Shown one piece after another: positions 25,849-34,921 of a DNA stretch of 43,525 nt. Position 1 is the first letter of the stretch. Each line of letters opens with the position of its first letter. Source of the stretch: a virus. Lineage: Duplodnaviria > Caudoviricetes. Made by a program: the position numbers and the translations under genes. The stretch is taken from positions 1-43,525 of IMG/VR virus record IMGVR_UViG_3300010218_000017. One strand, 5' to 3'. The notes beneath the pieces are model-generated. The model had not been told where the DNA came from. It was given only the letters and a program-made list of their open reading frames with translations, and made no database searches.

Positions 25849-26709
25849 TTATTCCCTTCCTGGGACCCAGAGTGTGATCTCCTTGGTCTCCATGTTGTAA
25901 TCTTGATGGTGAAGTATTTTTGCGAGGCGGCCGGTCCTTAGGGCGTCCTTCTCGGATAGGCCTTCCTTCTCGTAGCGGCAGACGATCGCCTCCCAGATCG
26001 AACAGGGGCCTTCGGAGTGCCACTTGACGACCTTCTCCCCTTTGTTCTTGCCTCGGGTGACGACACCCTCTCTGGGCACCAGGCGGTCAGGGGCCTCAAC
26101 AATCTCGCGGGCGCGCTTCATGCCGATCCCTGGGCAGCCTGCATAGCCATCAACCGCGTCCCCAGCTAGGGTCTGGATATAGTGGGACTTGACGGCCTCC
26201 AGCGGAGTTACCTCCCTGACAATCGGAGCGCCCTTCGCATCATCATCGGTGAGCTGGTAGTGCCACCCTGGGATGGTCGCAAAGTCCTTGTCGCGGCCGA
26301 CGATGATCTTCTCGCCAGGGATTAGGTCTGGGGAAGTCGCGAAGATGCCGATCGCGTCGTCCGCTTCGAGATACGCGAGGTGCTGTGCGGCCCACTTCAA
26401 GCGGAGATACCCTTTGAGGTGGCCGAGGAGGAGCGGACGGACGGAGTTCTTGCGGTTGGACTTGTAGGTGGGGTCCACCTGGAGTCGCCAGTTGTCGTCA
26501 GCGGGGCACGAGAGGAAGAGCTTCTGGTCGGTGAACTGGAGGCGTTCCTTGAGCCTGAACAGCATGTTGTCCACACAGGCCTCGCCTTCGGCCTTCCTCG
26601 CGAACGGCTCGACGTATCCCGTAGGCCACTCGATCTGGTGCTGGCAGGCGGAGGCCGCGCGGAATGCCAAGGTGTCTCCGTCGATGAGGGCGGTGAGTTG
26701 CTCACTCAT
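25849..26709 (-). CDS. 5'-3' exonuclease (T7 gp6-like)
   Basis: LIDGD, YKSNRK, LEADDAIG, DKDF.TIPG, GDAVDGY.GCPGIG. Confidence 0.95.
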   Translation of the reverse strand: MSEQLTALIDGDTLAFRAASACQHQIEWPTGYVEPFARKAEGEACVDNMLFRLKERLQFTDQKLFLSCPADDNWRLQVDPTYKSNRKNSVRPLLLGHLKGYLRLKWAAQHLAYLEADDAIGIFATSPDLIPGEKIIVGRDKDFATIPGWHYQLTDDDAKGAPIVREVTPLEAVKSHYIQTLAGDAVDGYAGCPGIGMKRAREIVEAPDRLVPREGVVTRGKNKGEKVVKWHSEGPCSIWEAIVCRYEKEGLSEKDALRTGRLAKILHHQDYNMETKEITLWVPGRE

Positions 26710-26956
26710 AGTCAGCCTTCCAAGTCTCGTGCATCAGGTCGGCGATGATGGACAGCAGGCCCTTCACCTCCCACCAGAGGCGGCTCCAGGTGTCGTCCCC
26801 CATCAGCACAAGGAGGAGGCCGATGAGTAGGAGGGGTGGAGCGGCGAGGAGGAGGATCACGAGGGCCAGGGCCGGATGGTTGGGCCGGCGATCGGCCAGC
26901 ATGACGTGTCCGAACGCCATGACCGAGAGGACCGCCAGGAGTAGAATGGTGATCAT
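26702..26956 (-). CDS. Two-TM membrane protein (start revised to MITILLL)
   Basis: AAGGAG RBS, ATGA coupling, two long hydrophobic stretches. Confidence 0.7.
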   Translation of the reverse strand: MITILLLAVLSVMAFGHVMLADRRPNHPALALVILLLAAPPLLLIGLLLVLMGDDTWSRLWWEVKGLLSIIADLMHETWKADYE

Positions 26957-27234
26957 TTGGATAGCTTCTCCTTGGACTGGAGCACGGCGGCCCCTGCGAG
27001 GGTGAGGTGGTACTTGCGGGACAGCTCCAGGCCGTCTGGCCGGATGTTGCTGATCCAGCCGAGGCTCGCTGCGGTGGCGACCGCGAGGGCGTTCTCTCGG
27101 GCGAAGTTGGAGGAGACGCTGAAGGGGTGCTCCCAGGCGCGGAAGAGGACAGGCCAAATGGTGTCTGGGGGGTTGCCCTTGATGCCGCTGCCAGCGATGG
27201 GGCGGTTAGTGGCAAGAGTACCAGTTGGTCCCAT
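26953..27234 (-). CDS. Hypothetical protein
   Basis: 93 aa, GGAGG RBS, follows the DNA polymerase. Confidence 0.7.
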   Translation of the reverse strand: MGPTGTLATNRPIAGSGIKGNPPDTIWPVLFRAWEHPFSVSSNFARENALAVATAASLGWISNIRPDGLELSRKYHLTLAGAAVLQSKEKLSK

Positions 27235-29554
27235 GCTTGGCCTCCGCTCCTAGAGGGCACTTGAAGTCCAACATCTCGGCTACGTTCTCCATGGCCTGCT
27301 GAGCGACCTCAGCGATGACGGGTTGCAGACCGTCCCCATGCTCGTATTGGTACTCATCGTGAATCCACCCCAGGACGCCATAGTCGCGGTCCCGATGGAG
27401 GCCATGAACCTCACGGAGGAGGCGGTCTGTCTCCAGGCCCCATTCCTTGCAAATGATAGCCTCGGCCCCTTGAAGCGCCTGATTGAGGGCGGCGTGGGGT
27501 TTTCTGATGTGGAGCTTCCGGCCGTCCAAACCGAGGATGAAGCCGTACTGCTCCGCCTCCTTCTTGATGTCGTCCTTCAAGTCCTTGAGGCCGACGATCG
27601 CGTCCACGAACTTCTTGGCAACCTCTGAGCCTCGCCCCACGTAAGCGAGGGAGAGCTGGTCCAGGGGGGTATAGTTCGCACCTTGAACCTTGCGGAGGAA
27701 CCTGTCGTAGGACTTGGCGGACGAACTGTTGGCATATAACTCCACGAGTTCCGGAGCCACACCGAGCGCAATCCCGAGCTTCAATGCCCCCGCGCCAAAC
27801 AGCCAGGCATAAATCCAGGTCTTGGCTTCATCACGGGACAGGTCGGCGATCTTGGCGTTTTCACGATGCACATCAACGCCGGGGGTAGACACCCGCTTGG
27901 CGAACTCACCGTTGTCGTACTTGAAGAGGTAGTGCGCCAGACAGCGGAGCTGGAGACCTGAGGCGTCCACCCCAGTCTGACACTTGAAGCCCGGTTTGCC
28001 GAGGGCTGTACGGATGCCGGGCATGAAAAGGGAGCGACACTCGACGCCGAATCCCCCACGCCAGCCCAGGATGGGTGTCTTGGTGACGACCTCGCCGGCT
28101 TCGTTCTTGACCTCATCCACCTCCACCGCCGTGACGTTCCCGAGGTTGGGGTCACTGTGGGCTCCGCGATTGGAGACCGTCCCGAGAGGATCAATACGGC
28201 CATGGAGGCGCTGGTCCTGAGCTACCAGATGGTTCCACGCCTTCTTACCGTCCGCCAGAGCCCCGAGGGTCTTCTTGACGACCATGAACTCCAGGAGCTG
28301 CTCCTTGAGGGCGGTGGGGAGGATGGAGTCTTGCAACTCCTTCAGCACGGTTTCGTCAAGCTTCGCCTGCGTACCCTTCCCGTTCTCATCCTTCAGGCCG
28401 CACCAGTCGGTAGGTTGCCACCCGAAGACGGCCATGAGCCTGTCCCCAAGCTGCTTTGGTGAGCCGGGGTTGAGCTGGAGGCGTTCGATCTTCACGAACG
28501 GGGCGTCCACAGAGTAGTGGGCTTTTGGTGGACCCACATATGGGGCCAGCTCCTTGCCGTTCTTACCGTAACGCGGAATGGTGACATCAGGCAGAGGCTC
28601 GCCGTCAACTAGGTGGACCACGGAGCGGTTTACACCGGGGAGTTCCCCAGTCTCGGCATCGCTCAACGGCTGCCACCAGGAGCCGAAGCCTCCCCTGATG
28701 TCCCGCTCAAGTTCCGTCTTCCGGTCCTTGAGCTTGGCTGCTAACTTGACGCCACCCTTCAGGTCGTAGCCGAAGCCACGCGCCTTGATGTCGTCACAGA
28801 ACTCCCACATGCGGTGCTCTAGGTAGACGCTGCGAGGCGTCCACGCTACACCCTGGGAGGGTTTGGAGGTACCCGTGAGGTGACCTTCCAGAAGGCGGAA
28901 GAACTCCACGGTCACGCGGACGTCTTGGGAGCAATAGTCCAACATTGGCTGGTTTAGGGACAGCCACGGGTCTAGCTTGTTGTCATCGGTGCGGAGGCAA
29001 TGAAAGTCTCGTGGAACCTCCGCCACGGTTATTTCCCCTGAGGAGAGGCGCTTGCTCCAACCCTTCACCGTATCAGAGTAGTCCCCCTTCATCTGCCCGA
29101 GGCGCATTCCCCAGGCTTCCAGCTTATGAGCGCCAATGAGATTGCCCGGCAGCACTCCCTTACGCCATCTCGGGTAGTCCAACTCCTTCAGTTTGTCGGT
29201 CGGAAAGACCATTTTGGAGAGGACCAGGGTATCTCTAATGACGGCTGCCGTATCCCACCCCGGTATTAAATGTTTGAGGACGGGATAGTCGTAAGAAAGA
29301 CCGTTATGCGCCACCAACATGGACGCCTCGGAGAGAAGCTTGAGGCCATCTGCTATAGATGTGTCCGCATAGGGGGCGTCAGCGCAAGCCCAGTTCTCCT
29401 GCGTATCGAGGTCGTGGATGCAGATGCAATGGAGCTTGTTAACGTCTGGGAGAAGCCCGTTGGTCTCCAAATCATACACCAGACGGCGACCCGACTTTGG
29501 GGCGTGCGGAAATGTCCAATCGAAACCGTCAAGCGGCTGGACTGTAATCGTCAC
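27206..29554 (-). CDS. Family A DNA polymerase with 3'-5' exonuclease (T7 gp5-like)
   Basis: ExoI DLETNG, ExoII HNGLSYD, ExoIII YCSQDV; motif A DASGLQLR, motif B R..AKTWIYAWLFG, motif C IHDE. Confidence 0.96.
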   Translation of the reverse strand: MTITVQPLDGFDWTFPHAPKSGRRLVYDLETNGLLPDVNKLHCICIHDLDTQENWACADAPYADTSIADGLKLLSEASMLVAHNGLSYDYPVLKHLIPGWDTAAVIRDTLVLSKMVFPTDKLKELDYPRWRKGVLPGNLIGAHKLEAWGMRLGQMKGDYSDTVKGWSKRLSSGEITVAEVPRDFHCLRTDDNKLDPWLSLNQPMLDYCSQDVRVTVEFFRLLEGHLTGTSKPSQGVAWTPRSVYLEHRMWEFCDDIKARGFGYDLKGGVKLAAKLKDRKTELERDIRGGFGSWWQPLSDAETGELPGVNRSVVHLVDGEPLPDVTIPRYGKNGKELAPYVGPPKAHYSVDAPFVKIERLQLNPGSPKQLGDRLMAVFGWQPTDWCGLKDENGKGTQAKLDETVLKELQDSILPTALKEQLLEFMVVKKTLGALADGKKAWNHLVAQDQRLHGRIDPLGTVSNRGAHSDPNLGNVTAVEVDEVKNEAGEVVTKTPILGWRGGFGVECRSLFMPGIRTALGKPGFKCQTGVDASGLQLRCLAHYLFKYDNGEFAKRVSTPGVDVHRENAKIADLSRDEAKTWIYAWLFGAGALKLGIALGVAPELVELYANSSSAKSYDRFLRKVQGANYTPLDQLSLAYVGRGSEVAKKFVDAIVGLKDLKDDIKKEAEQYGFILGLDGRKLHIRKPHAALNQALQGAEAIICKEWGLETDRLLREVHGLHRDRDYGVLGWIHDEYQYEHGDGLQPVIAEVAQQAMENVAEMLDFKCPLGAEAKHGTNWYSCH

Positions 29555-29633
29555 CGTAAATCTCCTGGAGTTTCGCCTCGAAGCTCAAAAGTGGACTGGA
29601 TTAGTTCCACCTGTTCTTCGTTTGTCACTGAGT

Positions 29634-29894
29634 TCAGCCTTTCCAGAGCTTCATGAGTCGCTTCCACGCACCGATCTCCGCGTTCTCCCGGCTGCGGTCG
29701 CCAAGAGTCGGCTCCAGGCTCTCGTCCTTGAGGTACGGCCGGTGGATGATGGGGAGCGCGGGGATGTCGCGGCGGGACAGTAGCGTCCCTTGGAGGTGCA
29801 GCGGCTCGGACAGGTCGTAGTCCTCAGGTAGTTGCCACAGCTCCTTGACCAGGAGTGTCTTCTCCACGATGAGGCGGATCATACTCACCACCAA
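29634..29894 (-). CDS. Hypothetical protein
   Basis: Coding-strand ORF between helicase and polymerase; start uncertain. Confidence 0.5.
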   Translation of the reverse strand: MVVSMIRLIVEKTLLVKELWQLPEDYDLSEPLHLQGTLLSRRDIPALPIIHRPYLKDESLEPTLGDRSRENAEIGAWKRLMKLWKG

Positions 29895-29930
29895 TCGAAG
29901 GCATCGTCAGGGAGCGGCTGTGGTGCGGCC

Positions 29931-30266
29931 TTAGGTCTCGTCGGGATTCTCAAAGTCGAGACCTCCCCGATGCACCTTGAGCTGCTTCCTGCGGACTGCC
30001 GCCTCGATCCCGCCCTCCATCCTCTGCATCCACGCGATGATCACGTTACGGGCCTGGGAGATCGGGAGCTTGTGGGCCTCATGCGGGAAGTTCTTGGTGT
30101 ATTCCTTCAGGCCCTTGAAGTTCACCCCGAAGTGCAGGAGCGCGTCGTAGGCCTTCTGGTAGAGCCGCACCCAGGCCTCGGCGAGGACCAGCCGGATGCC
30201 TTGCTGGTGGACCTCTTCTCGGAGCGACTTCAGCTCCTTCTGTAGGTATTCGTGCCGGTCTTCCAT
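29931..30266 (-). CDS. Hypothetical helical protein
   Basis: 111 aa, AGGA RBS, follows the helicase. Confidence 0.65.
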   Translation of the reverse strand: MEDRHEYLQKELKSLREEVHQQGIRLVLAEAWVRLYQKAYDALLHFGVNFKGLKEYTKNFPHEAHKLPISQARNVIIAWMQRMEGGIEAAVRRKQLKVHRGGLDFENPDET

Positions 30267-30275
30267 TCACGTATC

Positions 30276-31946
30276 CTAATACTCAGTGTCTACGGGGCCG
30301 AACCCGCTGCTCGCCTTGCCTCCTCCGTCATCGGGGTAGGCCTCGTTGGTCACGACCTGGCGTCCGGCCACATCGTCCCACTTCAAGATATCCGCCACGC
30401 CCGTCCATCCGGTCCATCGGTTCTTGAGGATGCGGATGCGGGTCAGGTCTGGGCGCTCGCCTTGCTGGTTGCGCTCGTAGCCGAAGATGGACATGGAGAA
30501 GTTTGCGATGCCGCCAGAGCCGCGTATCTCGTTGATGGAGACCTCGCCGCCTTCCTCATGGGCCTTCCCTTCGGAGCGCCGCAGATGGTGGGCGATCTGG
30601 AGGTTCGCGCCGTAGTGCTTGACGAACTGGGCGAACTCGTAGCTTACCCTATCGAGGGCTTTGCGTTCGTCCCTTTCGGTGTGGCCTGCCACGATGAAGG
30701 AGAGCGGGTCTATGAAGACGACCTTGCACCCCAGAGCCATGACCATATAGCGGAGATAACCGAGGATGGACTCGAAGTCCCACTGGGCTTTCTCGGGGTC
30801 AAAGAGTTCAACGAGTCCTCCACCGAACACCCCAGCATGAAGGGACACCATTTCTTCCCGTGACAGGGGTTCCAAATGCAGCCGTCTACCCGCACGAATG
30901 GACATAAGGTCAAGCTGGGCTTTGCGTCTGGTGTCTTCAAACCGCATGACTCCGAACTTGATGCCGGCATTGAGCAGCTCTTGTTGTATCTCCACCAGTT
31001 GGGACGTCTTGCCTATGCCCGTACCAGCAACATGGTAGCAGACCTCTCCCTCTCGGATACCAAGAGTTCGAGCTTGTACGATCGGCCAGGGATATGCGCA
31101 GATAGTCGCGCCTTCAGGTTCCGCCATGTCATCAGCGCAGAGGGCAGCGTTAATGATACCTTCTGATGTGTAGGCCTGAGCTGACCATGGGGCTGCGTAG
31201 ACGTCGCCTGCCCGGTCAGCCTGAAGAAGTTCGGAAGCGTCCTTTACGCCCTCAATCTTGATGGTCTTGGCCTTGGCGGGGAACATCTGGCACAGCTCGG
31301 GGACGACCCTCTGCCCAGGCTCATCGTTGTCCATCCAGAAGATGACTTCCTCGAAGCGGTCGAGCCAGCGGTAGTTCGCCTTGACGGACTGAATGGCTGA
31401 CCCGACGCCTGCGGGGATAGACACCACGGCCATCTTGAAGTTCGTGGCCTGGGCGACCGACATGGCGTCGATCTCGCCTTCCGTCACGATGACCTTCTTG
31501 TCGAACTTGTCGCCCCAGACTTGCTGGCCGAAGAGCTGAATGTCCTTGGTCTTGGGGGCCGACTCCACGACTGGCGTGAAGTAGAACTTCTTGTCTGGCG
31601 TGCGATACTTCTGGTAGGCGAGCTGGCCGTCCTGACCGTAGTACGGGGCGATGTGGAGGGACCTGCCGCCGTCCTTGTGGACAAAGTACCCGAAGCGCTG
31701 TAGGGTCTCCAACTCGATGCGGCGGACCTTTAGACCTTCCTTCATGAACTGCGTGGTGAAGGCCACCTGGTCGCCTTTAGGCTTGGGTGCGGGGGAGTGA
31801 TCCTCCATCCCTGCTCCTCTCTCCTTCAGGCCGCAGCCTGGGGTGTAGCAAAACGAATGACCATCGCGGTAGGTCACGAGGTTGTCCTTCGAGCCACAGT
31901 CCTGACAGGGGCCACGGCTAAGGATGTCTCCAGCGGCGGAGGACAT
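30276..31946 (-). CDS. Primase-helicase (T7 gp4-like)
   Basis: Zn finger CQDCGSKD...CYTPGC, TOPRIM TEGEIDA / DND..G, Walker A AGTGIGKTS, RGSGGI, KNRWTG. Confidence 0.97.
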   Translation of the reverse strand: MSSAAGDILSRGPCQDCGSKDNLVTYRDGHSFCYTPGCGLKERGAGMEDHSPAPKPKGDQVAFTTQFMKEGLKVRRIELETLQRFGYFVHKDGGRSLHIAPYYGQDGQLAYQKYRTPDKKFYFTPVVESAPKTKDIQLFGQQVWGDKFDKKVIVTEGEIDAMSVAQATNFKMAVVSIPAGVGSAIQSVKANYRWLDRFEEVIFWMDNDEPGQRVVPELCQMFPAKAKTIKIEGVKDASELLQADRAGDVYAAPWSAQAYTSEGIINAALCADDMAEPEGATICAYPWPIVQARTLGIREGEVCYHVAGTGIGKTSQLVEIQQELLNAGIKFGVMRFEDTRRKAQLDLMSIRAGRRLHLEPLSREEMVSLHAGVFGGGLVELFDPEKAQWDFESILGYLRYMVMALGCKVVFIDPLSFIVAGHTERDERKALDRVSYEFAQFVKHYGANLQIAHHLRRSEGKAHEEGGEVSINEIRGSGGIANFSMSIFGYERNQQGERPDLTRIRILKNRWTGWTGVADILKWDDVAGRQVVTNEAYPDDGGGKASSGFGPVDTEY

Positions 31947-31951
31947 AGGGC

Positions 31952-32239
31952 TCAGGCTCCGAGCTGCTCCTCAGGATGCTGGATGTTCGGCAGGACGATC
32001 GCGCAGAACTCTTCAGGCCTCGCGGTCTGGCCTCGCTTTCTGCTTCCCTCCGCCTTGGTGGCGGTGACAAGGCAATATGTGTGTGGCTCCAGGACTTGCT
32101 TCCGGGCGTTGTTCTTGACGGTATCAACCACCTTGATGTTCGTCACGAAGCCATGGCCGAGGCCGTGTCCCATCTGCCACACCACATGGTCACCCACGGC
32201 CAACTCGCGGCCGAGTAGATCGAGGGGCTTGTCCATCAT
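31952..32239 (-). CDS. Hypothetical protein (DLLGREL.VGD N-terminus), start revised to MMDKP
   Basis: AAGGAG RBS, ATGA coupling with the upstream gene. Confidence 0.7.
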   Translation of the reverse strand: MMDKPLDLLGRELAVGDHVVWQMGHGLGHGFVTNIKVVDTVKNNARKQVLEPHTYCLVTATKAEGSRKRGQTARPEEFCAIVLPNIQHPEEQLGA

Positions 32240-32499
32240 GCCACTGTCTCCTTCTTGACATCCACAAGTCCGTACTTCCTGTACCGCTTGTTGAGGTGAT
32301 CTTCGGACCATACCGCGCTGATCTCCTTGCCCTGGGCCTGGAGCCATTCCTTGACGCCATCGTTGCGTCTGATCTCGGATATGCGGGTGGTGACGGATGA
32401 GACTCCGTAGGCGTTGAAGGCGACCATGGGGGTCAGCTCCTTGCCAGAGCGGAGGTAGTCCCAGATGAACTGGGCCTGGGGTGAGAGAGGTCGTGACAT
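32236..32499 (-). CDS. Small winged helix-turn-helix protein
   Basis: IWDYLRSGKELTPMVAFNAYGVSSVTTRISEIRR pattern of phage wHTH proteins. Confidence 0.75.
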   Translation of the reverse strand: MSRPLSPQAQFIWDYLRSGKELTPMVAFNAYGVSSVTTRISEIRRNDGVKEWLQAQGKEISAVWSEDHLNKRYRKYGLVDVKKETVA

Positions 32500-32789
32500 C
32501 AGCCCACCTCCACCGCTGTGAAGGCCTTGCCTGAAGACGTGCAGATAATCGAGATGGCCCGGTTCGTGCGGACCTCATAGAAGCTACCTGCGGCGACCTT
32601 GAAGCTCCCGGCCGTGGATGCCGTTGCGGTGCCTGTCTCACTCAGCCATATGTCGGTGTCGGAGATATTCTGGAAGAGGAGCGCCGAGCGGGCGGAGTTC
32701 TGAGCTGCGAGGGTCTGGGCCGCCCCTGCCGAAGCGATAGTACCAGACTTGTCCACGCCGCCTGGAAGCAGGGCGAGAGGTGATCTCAT
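32499..32789 (-). CDS. Hypothetical A/S/T/G-rich protein
   Basis: 96 aa, coupled to the amidase stop; R.ALLFQN.S.TDIWL pattern. Confidence 0.65.
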   Translation of the reverse strand: MRSPLALLPGGVDKSGTIASAGAAQTLAAQNSARSALLFQNISDTDIWLSETGTATASTAGSFKVAAGSFYEVRTNRAISIICTSSGKAFTAVEVG

Positions 32790-33328
32790 AGTTCAATTCC
32801 TTGTTCATAGAGCACGAGGTCTTCCCGCAGCAGAGCCATGTCCAACTGAGGGCACGGCGGGAGGGAGGCATCGCGGTACTTCTGGATTTCCGAGTGGCCG
32901 ATGATCCTGAGTGGCTTCCCATAGTCCGCCCTCAGGTTATTCAGCAGCCGCAGGAGGGACTTGTACTGCTTGGGTGTGATGTTCTCTTCAGGTCCGCCCT
33001 CATGATCCCGGCCGCCGACCCAGCAGATGCCGATGGAGTCCATATTGAAACCGGGCGTATGACTGCCTATCTTCTCTCGATGTCGGCCGCAGACGATCTT
33101 GCCGTCCCGCTCGATGATGTAGTGGTAGCCGATGGAGAGGAGGCCCATGTAGACCGCATTGTCCGCAGCTTCGAGTGCCCACGAGGAGACCTCATGCGCC
33201 TGGCCGACTTCGGGTGGCGTGTGGCTGTCGTGGATGATGATGCGGTTTGTCTCGGTGCGGCTCTTGTAGCGGAGCATCGGGTTGCTATGGCCGATGATGT
33301 CTTGGAGTTCGTCACTTGGCTGAAGCAT
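32786..33328 (-). CDS. N-acetylmuramoyl-L-alanine amidase (T7 gp3.5 lysozyme-like endolysin)
   Basis: IIIHDS, IGYHYII.RDG, GSH..GFN..SIGICWVGG, GHSE...CP zinc-ligand motifs. Confidence 0.93.
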   Translation of the reverse strand: MLQPSDELQDIIGHSNPMLRYKSRTETNRIIIHDSHTPPEVGQAHEVSSWALEAADNAVYMGLLSIGYHYIIERDGKIVCGRHREKIGSHTPGFNMDSIGICWVGGRDHEGGPEENITPKQYKSLLRLLNNLRADYGKPLRIIGHSEIQKYRDASLPPCPQLDMALLREDLVLYEQGIEL

Positions 33329-33875
33329 CTGCGGCCTCCATATAGCTCGTCGGCTCGACGCCGCCTTCGGAGTTGAACTTGAAGCCCTTCACCAGGGCCC
33401 CGTTGGGCTTGATTGCCGGACCCTCTTCCCGCACCCAAGCTTCAGGTATCAGCCGCGTGGCCCACTTGAAGCCGTTCTTCTCACACCACTTGGCGTAGGT
33501 CGTCGGGCTGCCCTTGTTGATGCGATCGTGGGGGCGCTGGAAGACGAAGCGGATGTCCAGGTCGGGGTTCTGGTGCTTGACGAAGAGGTGCTTGGCGCGG
33601 TCCTTCGGCTCCAGCTTGCCCTTCAACTCTACAAGGATACCGTTGGGAAGGGTAAAATCAGGAGTGTAGGTGTGTTTGGTCTCAGGTACGAGGTACTTGA
33701 CCTTGGTTACCTCAAAGTTTACTTCGACGCCCATTGCTTGAAGGTGCTTGGCGTTAATTTCTTCGAGCCCTGACCGGAAGCCGTGCTTGAGGCCGATCTC
33801 TAGGTTCAGCTTGCTGCGATCAGGGAAGGTACGGCTTCGGGGCGTCCCCCGACCGTTGTTGCGGGAGACACCCAT
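33312..33875 (-). CDS. Endonuclease I / Holliday junction resolvase (T7 gp3-like)
   Basis: FRSGLEE, YTPDFTLPNGI.VE.KG, PDLDIRFVF, TTYAKWCEKNGF. Confidence 0.96.
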   Translation of the reverse strand: MGVSRNNGRGTPRSRTFPDRSKLNLEIGLKHGFRSGLEEINAKHLQAMGVEVNFEVTKVKYLVPETKHTYTPDFTLPNGILVELKGKLEPKDRAKHLFVKHQNPDLDIRFVFQRPHDRINKGSPTTYAKWCEKNGFKWATRLIPEAWVREEGPAIKPNGALVKGFKFNSEGGVEPTSYMEAADASAK

Positions 33876-33889
33876 CGGTCAGGTCCTTC

Positions 33890-34483
33890 TCAGTAGTCGC
33901 CGCCGTTGTCGTCCTCAGGTTCCGAGCCGCCCGCATCTTCCTGGACGTAGCCGCCGTCCACAGCCCCGAAGCCGCCGCCAGAGCCCTTGACGAGCTTGGT
34001 GATCTGGACCTTGGAGAAGTCGAGCCGTGCACCGACCTGCTTGCTCGATGACATCTCGATCGCCCGCGTGGTGAACATGATGCGGCCCTCGGAGCCGGAG
34101 AACACCTGGGCCTCGATTACGTTGTCCTTGGCGTCCCTGATCTCGATGGAGATGGTCTTGATGTCGCCGTCGCGGGTCTTGATCTTATGGTTCTGCTTGA
34201 AGCTGAACTTGATCTCGCCCGTAGCGTTGCCATCATCATCCTCGACCTCCTCGTAGGGGCGATAGATGGACCACTTCTTCTTCTCGGCCGGCGTCATCTT
34301 GTCGGTGCGCTCGGCGAAGGCTTCCTCGGAGGCCTGATCGCAGAGGGTCTTGAAATCCTGAGCCGCCTTGCCCGAGAGCACGAGGTCGGTCTGGAAGACA
34401 CCATCGGCGTTGAACTTGGTGTCTGGCCTGTTGAACCAGGGATGGAGGAAGGTGCCGATCGGGGAGACGCGGTATTTGGCCAT
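33890..34483 (-). CDS. Single-stranded DNA-binding protein (T7 gp2.5-like)
   Basis: SP.G...PW..RPDTKF..DG, GSEG, VQI..LV, acidic tail ending in an aromatic residue (EDDNGGDY). Confidence 0.93.
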   Translation of the reverse strand: MAKYRVSPIGTFLHPWFNRPDTKFNADGVFQTDLVLSGKAAQDFKTLCDQASEEAFAERTDKMTPAEKKKWSIYRPYEEVEDDDGNATGEIKFSFKQNHKIKTRDGDIKTISIEIRDAKDNVIEAQVFSGSEGRIMFTTRAIEMSSSKQVGARLDFSKVQITKLVKGSGGGFGAVDGGYVQEDAGGSEPEDDNGGDY

Positions 34484-34549
34484 TGTTGAGAAGGTCCTTG
34501 TCGATTGTGTGATGGGAGCTAACCCAAGGGCTAGCGGCAGAGCGTCGTG

Positions 34550-34867
34550 TCAGAACTTCGGGTCGTTCCTGACCTTCAGCTTGGCGTAGTCTTGCAGGGC
34601 GTCCACCAGTGCGTTCCCGTTACGGTGATGGGGGCGGGGAGCGGTCAAGACCTTGAGCCCGAAGGCGTGCAGCTCGGCGGCGTCCATCTGGGACCGCTCG
34701 GCCACGGCAGCAAACGCCACGGCCACCGCCGCGAGTTGCTCTTCAGGTTTCATCTGGAGGATAGGATCAAGGAGTGTGAACGCGGCGGCTGCGGCGGTGT
34801 CCCTGTTCATCATCATCAGCTTGTCGCGATCGATGCGGGAAGAAAGCTGTGTGGCGTTGATCTTCAT
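34550..34867 (-). CDS. Hypothetical helical protein, first gene after RNAP
   Basis: 105 aa, downstream of motif copy 34904-34920. Confidence 0.75.
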   Translation of the reverse strand: MKINATQLSSRIDRDKLMMMNRDTAAAAAFTLLDPILQMKPEEQLAAVAVAFAAVAERSQMDAAELHAFGLKVLTAPRPHHRNGNALVDALQDYAKLKVRNDPKF

Positions 34868-34903
34868 GGTGGGAACTTTCTGTTATTCTAAAGGACGCGA
34901 ATT

Positions 34904-34920
34904 GTGTGGAATGTTAGAGG
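34904..34920 (-). promoter_or_regulatory. Conserved motif CCTCTAACATTCCACAC immediately after the RNAP stop (phi1.1-equivalent position)
   Basis: Identical to 13030-13046. Confidence 0.8.
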
Positions 34921-34921
34921 A

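Noticed and set aside
32240-32641. 229-aa version of ORF 31952-32641, and the 151-aa version of 26702-27157
   Set aside because: The upstream parts overlap better-supported genes in other frames; internal ATGs with AAGGAG RBS and stop/start coupling define shorter genes
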